Source of the DNA: Promethearchaeati archaeon
GTDB taxonomy: Archaea > Asgardarchaeota > Heimdallarchaeia > Heimdallarchaeales > Heimdallarchaeaceae
Assembly (NCBI GenBank): GCA_013166775.1
Contig: JABLTJ010000001.1
Span: 64,001 to 128,000 of the forward strand
Direction: 5' to 3'
DNA: 64,000 bases
Below the pieces are notes generated by a model. It was not told where the DNA came from, made no database searches, and saw only the letters and a list, made by a program, of their open reading frames with translations. This document shows, one piece after another, positions 10,206 to 18,913 of this stretch (position 1 is its first letter; the number at the start of each line of letters is the position of its first letter). The translations under genes and the position numbers were made by a program.

Positions 10206-11654
10206 CTATTTTAAGCCAAGCAATCCAGCAAGTGCTGGTACTGTCTCACTAATCTGTTCACTCGCAAATATCTCATAATATTGTCTTAGGATACCCGTTG
10301 TAAGTAGAATTCCTGTACCCGTACCTAACGCTCCTAGAAAATCTGCTACTGCAGCTAGGATACCAATAAAGAATCCTCCTATCCATGCAGCGATAGGAAT
10401 ATATCTTTCGAGATATCTTTCAACTATCTTTGGATTACGTCTAAATCCCGGAATTTGCATATTTGCATCCAATAATTGCTTTGCAACATTCTTTGAACTC
10501 ATACCTGCCGTATCTATCCAGATCCGTGAGAAAACACCACAGAGTATTATCATGAAGAACATATATGCAATAGCATTCCCAGGATGGACTCCAACCTGTT
10601 CTGGTCCATACGGAGCCGTAGTTAAGGCAGCCAATCCTGAGACTGGCTGCAGTTGAGTCGTATCCGGTATTTCTTCCCATCTCCCCATGAAATTCACTAA
10701 GAAGAATTTGATACCCGTACTCTCATTTGACCATTTGTTGTGCATCAGATTTGATATGAAGTAAACATTAGCAAAGAGAGCACTAACAAGTATTACTGGA
10801 ATGTTGGAAGTATATAGGAACTTAATTGGATAGCGAGCTGGCATTTTATATTGACTATGTTGAACAGGAATTTCAACCTTTATAGAATCAACATAAATTA
10901 CCATTGCGAATACTACAATTGTAGCTAACAAACCAACAAGATCTGGGGTTCTTCCAGGTCTACTGAATGGAGTGGCTACATCACCTCTACCTATTCCTTG
11001 AAAGAAGGCTAAAATAGCTCCTCTATACCACATCACTCCTCCAGATGATTCTTGAGTCAAACTAAACATTCCATCAAAGATATTGAAACAAACACTTGCA
11101 GCAATAAAGAGACTTATTCCACTTCCTAGTCCATATCCTTTCTGAATAACTTCATCCATAAGCAAGATAACCAATCCTGCTACAATTAATTGTGTTAAGA
11201 TAAGCATTTGTGCTTCAAAAGTTAGATCTTCACCATAAGCACCACCAAGAATATATGCTAAAGCTTCGAACAGAGTCATCAATATAGCAAGTACTTTTTG
11301 TGTTCCAGTGTACAATGCTCTTTCCTCAGAACTAGTGAAATCTACTTTGATTATCTGCGAACCCACTAGTAGTTGCATAATCAAACCTGCTGTAACAATC
11401 GGACCAATACCGAGTTCAGCTAAACTTCCTCTTTGGGAAGCTAATATTGCTCTCATTGCAAAGAAAGGATCAGTACCTTGACCTGCTTCTCTTGGTACGC
11501 CGACAATGGGTATATTCAGCATTGCTAAATAGAGAGCCAGTATTCCGAAAGTCCAAGCTAGCTTTCTTTTGAAAGAAGGCTTTCTCGCTGGTTTTTTTAT
11601 TTCAAACGTAAAACGTTGAAATGGTTTGAAAAGCATCAAAAACTTCGAAGCCAT
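10206..11654 (-). CDS. secY: Preprotein translocase SecY/Sec61alpha
   Basis: LAELGIGPIVTAGLIMQLL, GLGSGISLFIA, YPIKFLYTSNIPVIL, IPGFR, GTGTGILL. Confidence 0.97.
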   Translation of the reverse strand: MASKFLMLFKPFQRFTFEIKKPARKPSFKRKLAWTFGILALYLAMLNIPIVGVPREAGQGTDPFFAMRAILASQRGSLAELGIGPIVTAGLIMQLLVGSQIIKVDFTSSEERALYTGTQKVLAILMTLFEALAYILGGAYGEDLTFEAQMLILTQLIVAGLVILLMDEVIQKGYGLGSGISLFIAASVCFNIFDGMFSLTQESSGGVMWYRGAILAFFQGIGRGDVATPFSRPGRTPDLVGLLATIVVFAMVIYVDSIKVEIPVQHSQYKMPARYPIKFLYTSNIPVILVSALFANVYFISNLMHNKWSNESTGIKFFLVNFMGRWEEIPDTTQLQPVSGLAALTTAPYGPEQVGVHPGNAIAYMFFMIILCGVFSRIWIDTAGMSSKNVAKQLLDANMQIPGFRRNPKIVERYLERYIPIAAWIGGFFIGILAAVADFLGALGTGTGILLTTGILRQYYEIFASEQISETVPALAGLLGLK

Positions 11655-11740
11655 AGGTGTCACCGGTCGGTTTTAATCCAATAGAAGTGCTTCTATTTAT
11701 AAGCATTTTTGCCTTCAACAAATTTCTACGGCAGTTATTT

Positions 11741-12346
11741 TCATTTTGAAAGAACACAGCCTCTGAAGTATTTGTATGAATGTTTAAATGAGTGATATGG
11801 CCAAATTTTATCTTCGGTTATAATAATATCATTAGCAAATGCTAGTGCATTACCTATACCCAATCCAATCTCTCTGATTTCTCGGCTAATGAAATTATCC
11901 CATTTAGCTAAATCTTGATCTTCTTGTGTTTTCTCGAGATATCTCCCTGAAACCTTGAAACGATCTGGATTCTTTACTCTGTTGAATCTTGTATTCTGAC
12001 TTGCATGAAAACCCAATACCTTTATGTTTTTTGTACCAAAATGCTTTCTAGCAAAATCAATTTCAGCTGGTGACTTTATACCATTTAAAAGAAGAATAGA
12101 TGAATCTTTATAGTTTTCATACTCATATTCAAGAATAGCTTGAGTAAATGCAGTAGGGTCTTTAGAAAGAAGTTCTTTAATTATCTTCGATGTATTAGTG
12201 TGATTAACCTCTAAACCTTGGTGTTTGATTTCATGATAAACAGCATGACCTGTCTCTATCATTGGGATTCCTTTTTCTTCTCTTAACGTATGGCCATGTG
12301 AGGACTTTCCACTAAGTTGCATTCCCACAAGTATGAAGACTTTCAT
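11741..12346 (-). CDS. P-loop nucleotide kinase-like protein (UPF0200/dephospho-CoA-kinase-like)
   Basis: GMQLSGKS P-loop, GIKSPAE, RF.R, RE.REIGLG. Confidence 0.65.
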   Translation of the reverse strand: MKVFILVGMQLSGKSSHGHTLREEKGIPMIETGHAVYHEIKHQGLEVNHTNTSKIIKELLSKDPTAFTQAILEYEYENYKDSSILLLNGIKSPAEIDFARKHFGTKNIKVLGFHASQNTRFNRVKNPDRFKVSGRYLEKTQEDQDLAKWDNFISREIREIGLGIGNALAFANDIIITEDKIWPYHSFKHSYKYFRGCVLSK

Positions 12347-12467
12347 CGTTTCCGTTTTCTAATATAGGAGTAGAAGAAAAGGTTTTCGGACTAATATTGT
12401 TCTAATATTAGCACCTCATGGTAATATTTTTATTACAAACAAATTTACACCTCTATAATCATTTCTT

Positions 12468-12552
12468 GCCAGGATATCCAAGCGGTTACGGAGATGCATT
12501 GGAAATGCATTGCCCTTGAGGCGCCGGGGTTCAAATCCCCGTCCTGGCTCCA
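12468..12552 (+). tRNA. tRNA-Ser(GGA), long variable arm, encoded CCA
   Basis: Acceptor GCCAGGA/TCCTGGC; anticodon arm ATGCA-TTGGAAA-TGCAT; variable arm GCC-CTTGA-GGC; T arm CGGGG-TTCAAAT-CCCCG. Confidence 0.95.
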
Positions 12553-12614
12553 TTTTCTAAATAAAATCACGCTTTAAAATTCTCGCTTAAGCAAATACTT
12601 AAAAAAATCATATA

Positions 12615-12735
12615 TGCAGTCTTCTTGAAATCGTTTGTGCTATAATTGAAAGAAAGCACATGGCGAAGCTCGATGGAGAACAACTCTCCCATTCTTGAAT
12701 TAAGAAGTGTAGAGCACTGCAACTTCGGGTTGTGG
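12615..12735 (+). ncRNA. Candidate structured RNA / 5' leader of rps13 operon
   Basis: Nested helices TGCAGT/ACTGCA, TCGTT-TGTGCT/AGCACA-T-GGCGA, GCTC/GAGC, GGAGA/TCTCC, TTCTT/AAGAA in an otherwise AT-rich spacer. Confidence 0.5.
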
Positions 12736-12761
12736 AATACAAAATAATGAAAAGTGATAAT

Positions 12762-13205
12762 ATGTCATTTCGCCATTTAGTTAGAATTAAGTCTACAGAT
12801 TTAGAAGGGCATCTTCCCGTTTCTCTAGGTCTTTCAAAGATATCTGGAGTAAATAGAAGATTAGCTCAAACAATTGTAAGAACTCTTAACATCTCTTCTT
12901 CTGAACGCGTTGGTTCTCTTACTGATGTAACTATAAAGGAAATTGAAAGTATCATTTCTGATCCAGTCGCTGCAGGAATACCAGAATGGATGGTTAATAG
13001 AAGGAAAGATCGTCAAACAGGTGATAATTTACATATCACTGAGGCTCAGCTTATTCTCCAAACTAAGCAAGATATCGAAAGATATATCCGTATTCGTAGC
13101 CGACGAGGAATCAGACACTCATTTAAACTTAAAGTAAGAGGGCAAAAGACTCGAACCCATGGAAAAAGCGGAACAACCGTGGGTGTATCGAAGAGGAAAA
13201 GATAG
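12762..13205 (+). CDS. rps13: 30S ribosomal protein uS13
   Basis: FRHLVRI..TDL.G, IPEWMVNRRKD..TG, RGIRH...LKVRGQKTRT. Confidence 0.96.
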   Translation: MSFRHLVRIKSTDLEGHLPVSLGLSKISGVNRRLAQTIVRTLNISSSERVGSLTDVTIKEIESIISDPVAAGIPEWMVNRRKDRQTGDNLHITEAQLILQTKQDIERYIRIRSRRGIRHSFKLKVRGQKTRTHGKSGTTVGVSKRKR

Positions 13206-13214
13206 GGTGAGAAC

Positions 13215-14297
13215 ATGGGTGGAATTAGAAGACAAAGAAAGAAAATCATAACTCCTGGTCATCCATATGATCAAGCTCGATTAGAAAGAGAACTCCCCTT
13301 AGTAGGAGAATATGGTCTTAGAAATAAACGCGAATTATGGAAAGCTAGAACCGTTCTCTCAAAAGCTAGACAACAAGCTCGTGGTCTTTTAGCTCTTGAT
13401 CCTGATATCAGAAGCCAAAGAGAAAGAGAACTTCTTTCACGATTATCAAGATTTGGAATGCTTTCAGAAAGTGCTGATTTGGATTCAGTTCTTGCGTTAG
13501 ATGTAAAAACAGTACTTGATCGAAGACTACAAACTATTGTTTTCAGAATAGGTTTAGCTAGTACACCTTATCAAGCTAGACAATTTATTTCACATAGACA
13601 TATTGCAATAGACAAAGGAGTAGTTACATCACCAAGTAGGTTGATAACAGTAAAAGAAGAAAGCGGAATTGCTTATGCTCCAAGATCCCCACTAAATAAT
13701 CCACAACATCCATCTAGACCACAAGCTCCTCCAGTAGTTGAGGAACCTGAAAAAACTGAGAAACCCAGGCCCAAAGCTAAACCTGCTCCTAAGGAAGAGC
13801 AACGTAAACCTGCTCCTAAGGAAGAGCAACGTAAACCTGCTCCTAAGGAAGAGCAACGTAAACCTGCTCCTAAGGAAGAGCAACCTAGGGTAATCGAAAA
13901 GAAAGCAGAGGTTAAACCTAAGGAAGTAGAAAAGAAAGCAGAGGTTAAACCTAAGGAAGTAGAAAAGAAAGCAGAGGTTAAACCTAAGGAAGAGCAACCT
14001 AAGCCCAAACCTACACCTACACCTGAGGTGAAAGAAGCACCAAAAGAGAAAAAACCTCCTGCTAAACCTATCGAGGAGAAATCTAAAGTTGCAACTATAG
14101 CTGATCTTTCTCAGATTGAAGGTATAGGTGCAAAGACAGCAATGCTTTTACAAGATCATGGTTTCAAAACCGCACAAAAAATCGCTGGATCATCAGTTGA
14201 TGATATTACTAAAGTTCCAGGAATTGGCCCAGCTACCGCTGAAAAGATGATCAAGAACGCAAAGGCTCTTGTCAAAAAAGCAGGGGAAGGTAAGTAG
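13215..14297 (+). CDS. rps4: 30S ribosomal protein uS4 with long repeat linker and C-terminal helix-hairpin-helix domain
   Basis: [27 protein letters not shown]; about 190 aa extension ending in [12 protein letters not shown]...[11 protein letters not shown]. Confidence 0.93.
   Translation: MGGIRRQRKKIITPGHPYDQARLERELPLVGEYGLRNKRELWKARTVLSKARQQARGLLALDPDIRSQRERELLSRLSRFGMLSESADLDSVLALDVKTVLDRRLQTIVFRIGLASTPYQARQFISHRHIAIDKGVVTSPSRLITVKEESGIAYAPRSPLNNPQHPSRPQAPPVVEEPEKTEKPRPKAKPAPKEEQRKPAPKEEQRKPAPKEEQRKPAPKEEQPRVIEKKAEVKPKEVEKKAEVKPKEVEKKAEVKPKEEQPKPKPTPTPEVKEAPKEKKPPAKPIEEKSKVATIADLSQIEGIGAKTAMLLQDHGFKTAQKIAGSSVDDITKVPGIGPATAEKMIKNAKALVKKAGEGK
13778..13884 (+). repeat. 27-bp tandem repeat, about 4 copies (KPAPKEEQR), inside rps4
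   Basis: TAAACCTGCTCCTAAGGAAGAGCAACG at 13778, 13805, 13832, 13859. Confidence 0.95.
13896..13992 (+). repeat. 33-bp tandem repeat, about 3 copies ([11 protein letters not shown]), inside rps4
   Basis: GAAAAGAAAGCAGAGGTTAAACCTAAGGAAGTA at 13896, 13929, 13962. Confidence 0.95.
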
Positions 14298-14305
14298 GTG
14301 ATTTT

Positions 14306-14752
14306 ATGAGTGAAACAAAAACAGAAAAAACAGAGACAGAAGCTAAAGAAGCTAGACCAAGGAGAAGAGAATCAAAATTCGGTATTGCTCACATTTTTTC
14401 AAGCTATAATGATACTATTGTTCACATTACTGACATCTCCGGTGCTGAAACTTTCAGCCGTAAAAGCGGAGGAATGTTTGTCAAAGCAGACAGAAACGAG
14501 TCCAGTCCTTACGCAGCAATGAAAGCAGCAAATGCAGCGGCACAAGAAGCGCAAAGTAAAGGAGTGTATCAACTATATGTACGTTACAGAGCACCAGGAG
14601 GACATAAAAACCGTACTCCAGGACCAGGAACACAAGCAGCATTACGATCGTTGAAAAGGTCAGGAATGAGAATACTAAGACTAGAAGATGTAACACCTCT
14701 CCCACACAATGGATGCAGAAGAAAAGGGGGCCGTAGAGGCCGTAGAATGTAA
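14306..14752 (+). CDS. rps11: 30S ribosomal protein uS11
   Basis: [44 protein letters not shown]. Confidence 0.97.
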   Translation: MSETKTEKTETEAKEARPRRRESKFGIAHIFSSYNDTIVHITDISGAETFSRKSGGMFVKADRNESSPYAAMKAANAAAQEAQSKGVYQLYVRYRAPGGHKNRTPGPGTQAALRSLKRSGMRILRLEDVTPLPHNGCRRKGGRRGRRM

Positions 14753-14800
14753 AATTCATCTTCTTTCATTTTTTATTTTATTACTTTTATTTTTGTAATA
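14753..14800 (+). terminator. Probable T-rich archaeal terminator after rps11
   Basis: Multiple oligo-T tracts immediately after the stop codon. Confidence 0.5.
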
Positions 14801-14860
14801 TTTGGGTTTATTAAGCAATTTATCTATTATGTTTTTGATTGATTTGAGTCTAGAAAATGA

Positions 14861-15028
14861 AGGAAGTACTTTACCCAAGGAAAACGAACCTGTATAGTGC
14901 TGGGAGCAGGGAATACTCTGGAAGAGGTAATTCAAACAGGCTGCAGCAGTATTCCCAAACGCTATTCTGATCCACGATTCAGAATTGATATTGGAATGGA
15001 GTTTATTATTGAGAAAATAGTATTTTGA
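14861..15028 (+). pseudogene. Remnant resembling the C-terminus of phosphoribosylamine-glycine ligase (PurD)
   Basis: Start-less frame KYFTQGKRTCIVLGAGNTLEE...RFRIDIG resembles PurD T.GGRVL.V...G.T..EA...R.DIG. Confidence 0.4.
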
Positions 15029-15914
15029 AATCTTCTGGGGCTATACTTGCAGTTTTGTTTGCAATATCTCTCATTTCCAAATAATGGTCCCTCATACCCG
15101 TTTCTGGATATCTGATATTATAATGCCTGTATCTGACGAATGCTGTGCAAAGTGCACCATATATTGTAAAAGATTGCAAACTATCCATTTCTCTATTACT
15201 GAGATGACGAACAGAGAGATACCCCCTAAGTAATTCCGACATCTTGATAAAATCCAGTTTGGCATCCACTCTGCAGCTCCCCACAAACGCCATACCAATA
15301 TCCATTGCATAAGGGGCAATACAAGCCTCTTCGAAGTCAATTAGGTAATATTTATCGCCCACAATCACATTATCAGCAAAAACATCTGAATGAATAACTC
15401 CCTGTGGAAGATCCATAGGTGGGAAATCAAAGGAATACAACCAAGATTTGAACTCCGGGTTCTTCCAGTGATCTGTCTCGAACCAGTGAGTATGCCCGTA
15501 GGGATGATCAACAGGTAATTGAGTATCTAGGTCAAGGCTATGCAGTTGAGCGATTAAACATCCGAGATCAAATACGCGATCTGACGAGGAAAGAATAGAT
15601 CCAGGTATGAATTTTTTCAAAATAACTGGATATCCCTTGTAATCAACCGAATAACTACCGTCTTCTGAGACAACGGGTTTGTAGGTTTGAAATTGTGCAC
15701 CATTCAGTTGGAGAACAAGATCAAGCACACCCTCGATCTCCTCATGAGATTTCTCATTACAGACTGTAAGAATAAACTCTCCACTGCTACTCTTCAGGAA
15801 GTAGGATGTATTGGCCGCACCTCCATGTATGTACCTGAAATCATGTACATAACAAGCAAATTTTTCAGCAAGAATAGTAATGGTCTTGAAGTTAAGATTA
15901 CTCAGTTTGGCCAT
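15006..15914 (-). CDS. Aminoglycoside-phosphotransferase-fold kinase (homoserine kinase type II-like)
   Basis: GG.ANT.Y, LAQLH-type motif, GVIHSDVFADN, LIDFEEA. Confidence 0.85.
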   Translation of the reverse strand: MAKLSNLNFKTITILAEKFACYVHDFRYIHGGAANTSYFLKSSSGEFILTVCNEKSHEEIEGVLDLVLQLNGAQFQTYKPVVSEDGSYSVDYKGYPVILKKFIPGSILSSSDRVFDLGCLIAQLHSLDLDTQLPVDHPYGHTHWFETDHWKNPEFKSWLYSFDFPPMDLPQGVIHSDVFADNVIVGDKYYLIDFEEACIAPYAMDIGMAFVGSCRVDAKLDFIKMSELLRGYLSVRHLSNREMDSLQSFTIYGALCTAFVRYRHYNIRYPETGMRDHYLEMRDIANKTASIAPEDFKILFSQ

Positions 15915-15924
15915 CCAATCCCCT

Positions 15925-16050
15925 TTATGTGATTCTATATGGTCTCACTGGATCGAAGTCGATGAGAAGAATATCTCTCCATCCTTTTCGTATGCCATCT
16001 TTTGATTCTATAGGAGAGACTCCATGAGAGATTTCATCATCACTGAATAT
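15925..16050 (-). pseudogene. Remnant resembling the C-terminus of a 2OG-Fe(II) dioxygenase (BsmA-like)
   Basis: Start-less frame FSDDEISHGVSPI...GWRDILLIDF ending just upstream of the kinase start. Confidence 0.5.
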
Positions 16051-16103
16051 CGATCGATCGTTTAAATATAATTCTTTTATAGTGAAATCAGCTTCCTTCC
16101 TTA

Positions 16104-16547
16104 ATGAGTCTTGATATTGATTTGACCAAAATTAACTACAGTTTTCTTCACAAACCTTTGCTTATTGGAGGGAAAGCGATGGAGTATTATGAACTCCGTA
16201 AAGCTGGTAACGATATAGATTTTGTTATCTCCACTGAAGATTATGAGGGATTAAAAAAGAAGTATCCTGATCCTGAATGCCATAGAGATTTGTTTGGTGA
16301 TTTAGGAGTAATGGTAGAAGAGTTTGAAATTTGGAAATGCATCTGTCTGTTTGATTATGAATTATTATCTGAAAACGCTATCGAAAAAGAAGAATATTTG
16401 ATTATCTCTTTAGAGAAACTACTTTTCTTAAAAGCTATAGCAATGAAAGAAGAGAAATATCACAAAGATTTGAGGTTGATAGTTCAGAGGATTTTGGACA
16501 ATCAGTATGATGATGCAAAATGGAAGGAGAAATATTTGAAAAAATAA
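16104..16547 (+). CDS. Hypothetical nucleotidyltransferase-fold protein
   Basis: IGG.AM..Y.LR...DIDF signature; K...D near the C-terminus. Confidence 0.65.
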   Translation: MSLDIDLTKINYSFLHKPLLIGGKAMEYYELRKAGNDIDFVISTEDYEGLKKKYPDPECHRDLFGDLGVMVEEFEIWKCICLFDYELLSENAIEKEEYLIISLEKLLFLKAIAMKEEKYHKDLRLIVQRILDNQYDDAKWKEKYLKK

Positions 16548-16602
16548 CTGTAGAATGCAATTTTTTCTTTCATTTTTGTATTACTGTAGTTTTTATCTTT
16601 AC

Positions 16603-17469
16603 TTATTCAATCGTATCCCAAAATTCCTTTGTTGGATGTTCAACAGATTCAATCAATTGAATGTCATGCCAGCAGAAATCACATACATCTTCTCCTTCCA
16701 TAATTGTTTTGTTTCTTGTTAAAATGAAATGTTTATTGACACTTCTAGCATGAGTATAATCATTATAGCAAGAAGTGAGAAAACCAATCTCTTTATCGAA
16801 AGAGGGGTCAAAATCTTCGAATACTTCGTAGATCATACAGCGAGTGAGCTTACAACCAACTTTTCCATCTTGAATCTTGAATAGAGAGAAGATATGAGTT
16901 TTTGGAAAATGTTCTTTATACAATTCAAGCATACCATCAACAGTTTCCATATATGGAGAATTTACTTGATGATGCTTTACTGATACTTCAAGAAATTCTT
17001 TGTATAACTCAATTGTTTCTTTTCTTGGTAAAATTTTTGTTAGAGAGAGTAAATAGATGTAATGAGGAATTTTTCTTCCTTTAAATCGATCAAAAGCTTT
17101 TATCTCAATTTCATCATCATCAGGATTGATGTTGTATTGCCTTAGATTAAAATATGTCTCAAGCATGATTCTCATGTTTCTTAGAAGATTAGGATAAGAG
17201 TGAAGTAAATCCAATTCAACATTTCTTTCATAATTATCGTAGATGTTGCTGTAACCTTGTTCTTTCCGTAGTTGGTTATCAAAATCATTCTTAATCTGGT
17301 CAACATATAACTGAAGAATCTCTTTTCGATTTTCTGATATGAAAACTAATAATGAATCTAATTGTTGGATTGAGGGATTCAATAGATTCTTTATATTTTC
17401 CAAACTAACGAAATTATTGTCATATTGATTGATTCTATCTACTTCCATTCTCTCAATCACTTGTATCAA
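16603..17469 (-). CDS. L-2-amino-thiazoline-4-carboxylate hydrolase family protein
   Basis: RC...E, C..D, LTR.KTIMEG..VCDFCW C-terminal motif. Confidence 0.75.
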   Translation of the reverse strand: MIQVIERMEVDRINQYDNNFVSLENIKNLLNPSIQQLDSLLVFISENRKEILQLYVDQIKNDFDNQLRKEQGYSNIYDNYERNVELDLLHSYPNLLRNMRIMLETYFNLRQYNINPDDDEIEIKAFDRFKGRKIPHYIYLLSLTKILPRKETIELYKEFLEVSVKHHQVNSPYMETVDGMLELYKEHFPKTHIFSLFKIQDGKVGCKLTRCMIYEVFEDFDPSFDKEIGFLTSCYNDYTHARSVNKHFILTRNKTIMEGEDVCDFCWHDIQLIESVEHPTKEFWDTIE

Positions 17470-17559
17470 AACGCCTTATGCACTCTTATTAACTTATTGC
17501 CTAACAAATCAAACAAACAAAAAAGCATTTTAGCTAGATTTGAGATGTTGTGATATTAC

Positions 17560-17958
17560 TCAGTTTGAACTCTTCTTAATATTATCTTGTAATTCTAGTA
17601 GTTTTTCGTATTGCCAAACTCGCTCCTTTGTATTAACTTTAGCCGCATAATTTGCAGCGTGAATCGCATGACTAGGAACATGGGAAATAGAAGCAGTGTG
17701 TCCTGCAGCCAGAGCAATTGCATAAGCAACTTCATCATCAGTCTCACGAGTAGCAATATGAGATTCAAATGCAGCAGACCGTGCGACACCTACCTTTATT
17801 TCTCCTTTCACCCCTGCACGAGCTGCTTCTACAGCTTTTCTCAGTCGGTTATCATTTGGGTGCTTCTCCTTAAAATACGATAACACGTACCCAACACAAT
17901 CACTAGCCCAAATTGCTAATACTTTTTGATCCATTTTGTTTGCAAGCTCTGAAATCAT
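17560..17958 (-). CDS. Imm5-like putative immunity protein, probably decaying
   Basis: LAIWA.DC...VL..F....P.D.R.R.A.EAAR, AAGH, H...HA.HAA.YA, ER.WQ; upstream coding-like stretch is out of frame. Confidence 0.65.
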   Translation of the reverse strand: MISELANKMDQKVLAIWASDCVGYVLSYFKEKHPNDNRLRKAVEAARAGVKGEIKVGVARSAAFESHIATRETDDEVAYAIALAAGHTASISHVPSHAIHAANYAAKVNTKERVWQYEKLLELQDNIKKSSN

Positions 17959-18121
17959 CTTTTAATGTCACTATCTCTTTTGTTATTGAAACTAATTTCT
18001 TTCATTTCAATCATCTTAATCATTATCTATACCGATAGATAAATGTTGCACCAAATCCAATTAGATCTAATCAAGCAAATCTTTTATACAAGCAAACTTG
18101 GCTTTTCATTCGTGATTTTCA

Positions 18122-18877
18122 ATGTATGGACTCACTTTCAAACCTAGAATTAACGAGATTAACATCAAAGGGAAGTTACAATTCCCAGCTATAATCAATT
18201 ATTTCCAGCATATTGCTTACAAACATGCACATGATCTTGGGGTGGGTCATGAACAGCTTTTCCCTAAAGGTCTTACATGGTTACTCCTAAGATATACAGT
18301 GGAGGTTGTTCGCTATGCAAGATTGGAGGAGAAAATCAAAGTAGTAACTTGGGTAGCAGAATCGGAAAATCCAAGATATACTCTTAGAGAATTTGAACTC
18401 TATGATGAGGAGAATAAAGTACTTTGCAAAGCAACAACAAGTTGGTTGCTCTTTAATTTCAGAAAGAGAAAGTCAGTGGATTTCAAAGAGTACTGGCCTG
18501 AGTTTAAAGCTGAGAATAAAAGAGCTGTAGAAGATGCTTTTCCTAAACTCCGCCTACCACAGAAAGCTGATATAAAGAAAATTATGAATGTAAGGATGCA
18601 CGATTTGGATATAAATCAACATCTAAACCATAGAGTAAACATTGAATGGTTAATTGAAGGAATGCCAGAAAAAATCTTGAAGGATTATGAATTGACTAAA
18701 TTAGAAATCAGCTATAAAGAACAAGCTTTTTTTGAGGAAGAAATAATCGTTGAGACTGAGATTGTAAAGAAACAAGAAAAAGACCAGCTTGAAGCAGTTC
18801 ATCGTTTAATTAAAGGGAAAAAAGAAAAACTTGTTTCTAAAGCAATAACCCACTGGCAGTCATATCATAATAGCTAA
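18122..18877 (+). CDS. Acyl-ACP/acyl-CoA thioesterase (double hotdog, FatA/B-like)
   Basis: YFQ.IA..HA..LG, W.L.R, REF, DLDINQHLN catalytic motif. Confidence 0.85.
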   Translation: MYGLTFKPRINEINIKGKLQFPAIINYFQHIAYKHAHDLGVGHEQLFPKGLTWLLLRYTVEVVRYARLEEKIKVVTWVAESENPRYTLREFELYDEENKVLCKATTSWLLFNFRKRKSVDFKEYWPEFKAENKRAVEDAFPKLRLPQKADIKKIMNVRMHDLDINQHLNHRVNIEWLIEGMPEKILKDYELTKLEISYKEQAFFEEEIIVETEIVKKQEKDQLEAVHRLIKGKKEKLVSKAITHWQSYHNS

Positions 18878-18913
18878 TTGTAAAATTGCTCTAAGGAATA
18901 AGGAAAGGATTTT

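Noticed and set aside
11741-12346. Calling this gene adk
   Set aside because: It lacks recognisable archaeal AdkA motifs and is upstream rather than downstream of secY; kept as a generic P-loop kinase.
13778-13992. Tandem repeats as a CRISPR array
   Set aside because: No spacers; unit lengths are multiples of 3 and in frame within rps4; no cas genes in the window.
13673-14008. Antisense ORFs over the rps4 repeats, and most other short antisense ORFs in the track
   Set aside because: Shadow frames of well-supported genes, with low-complexity translations and no motifs.
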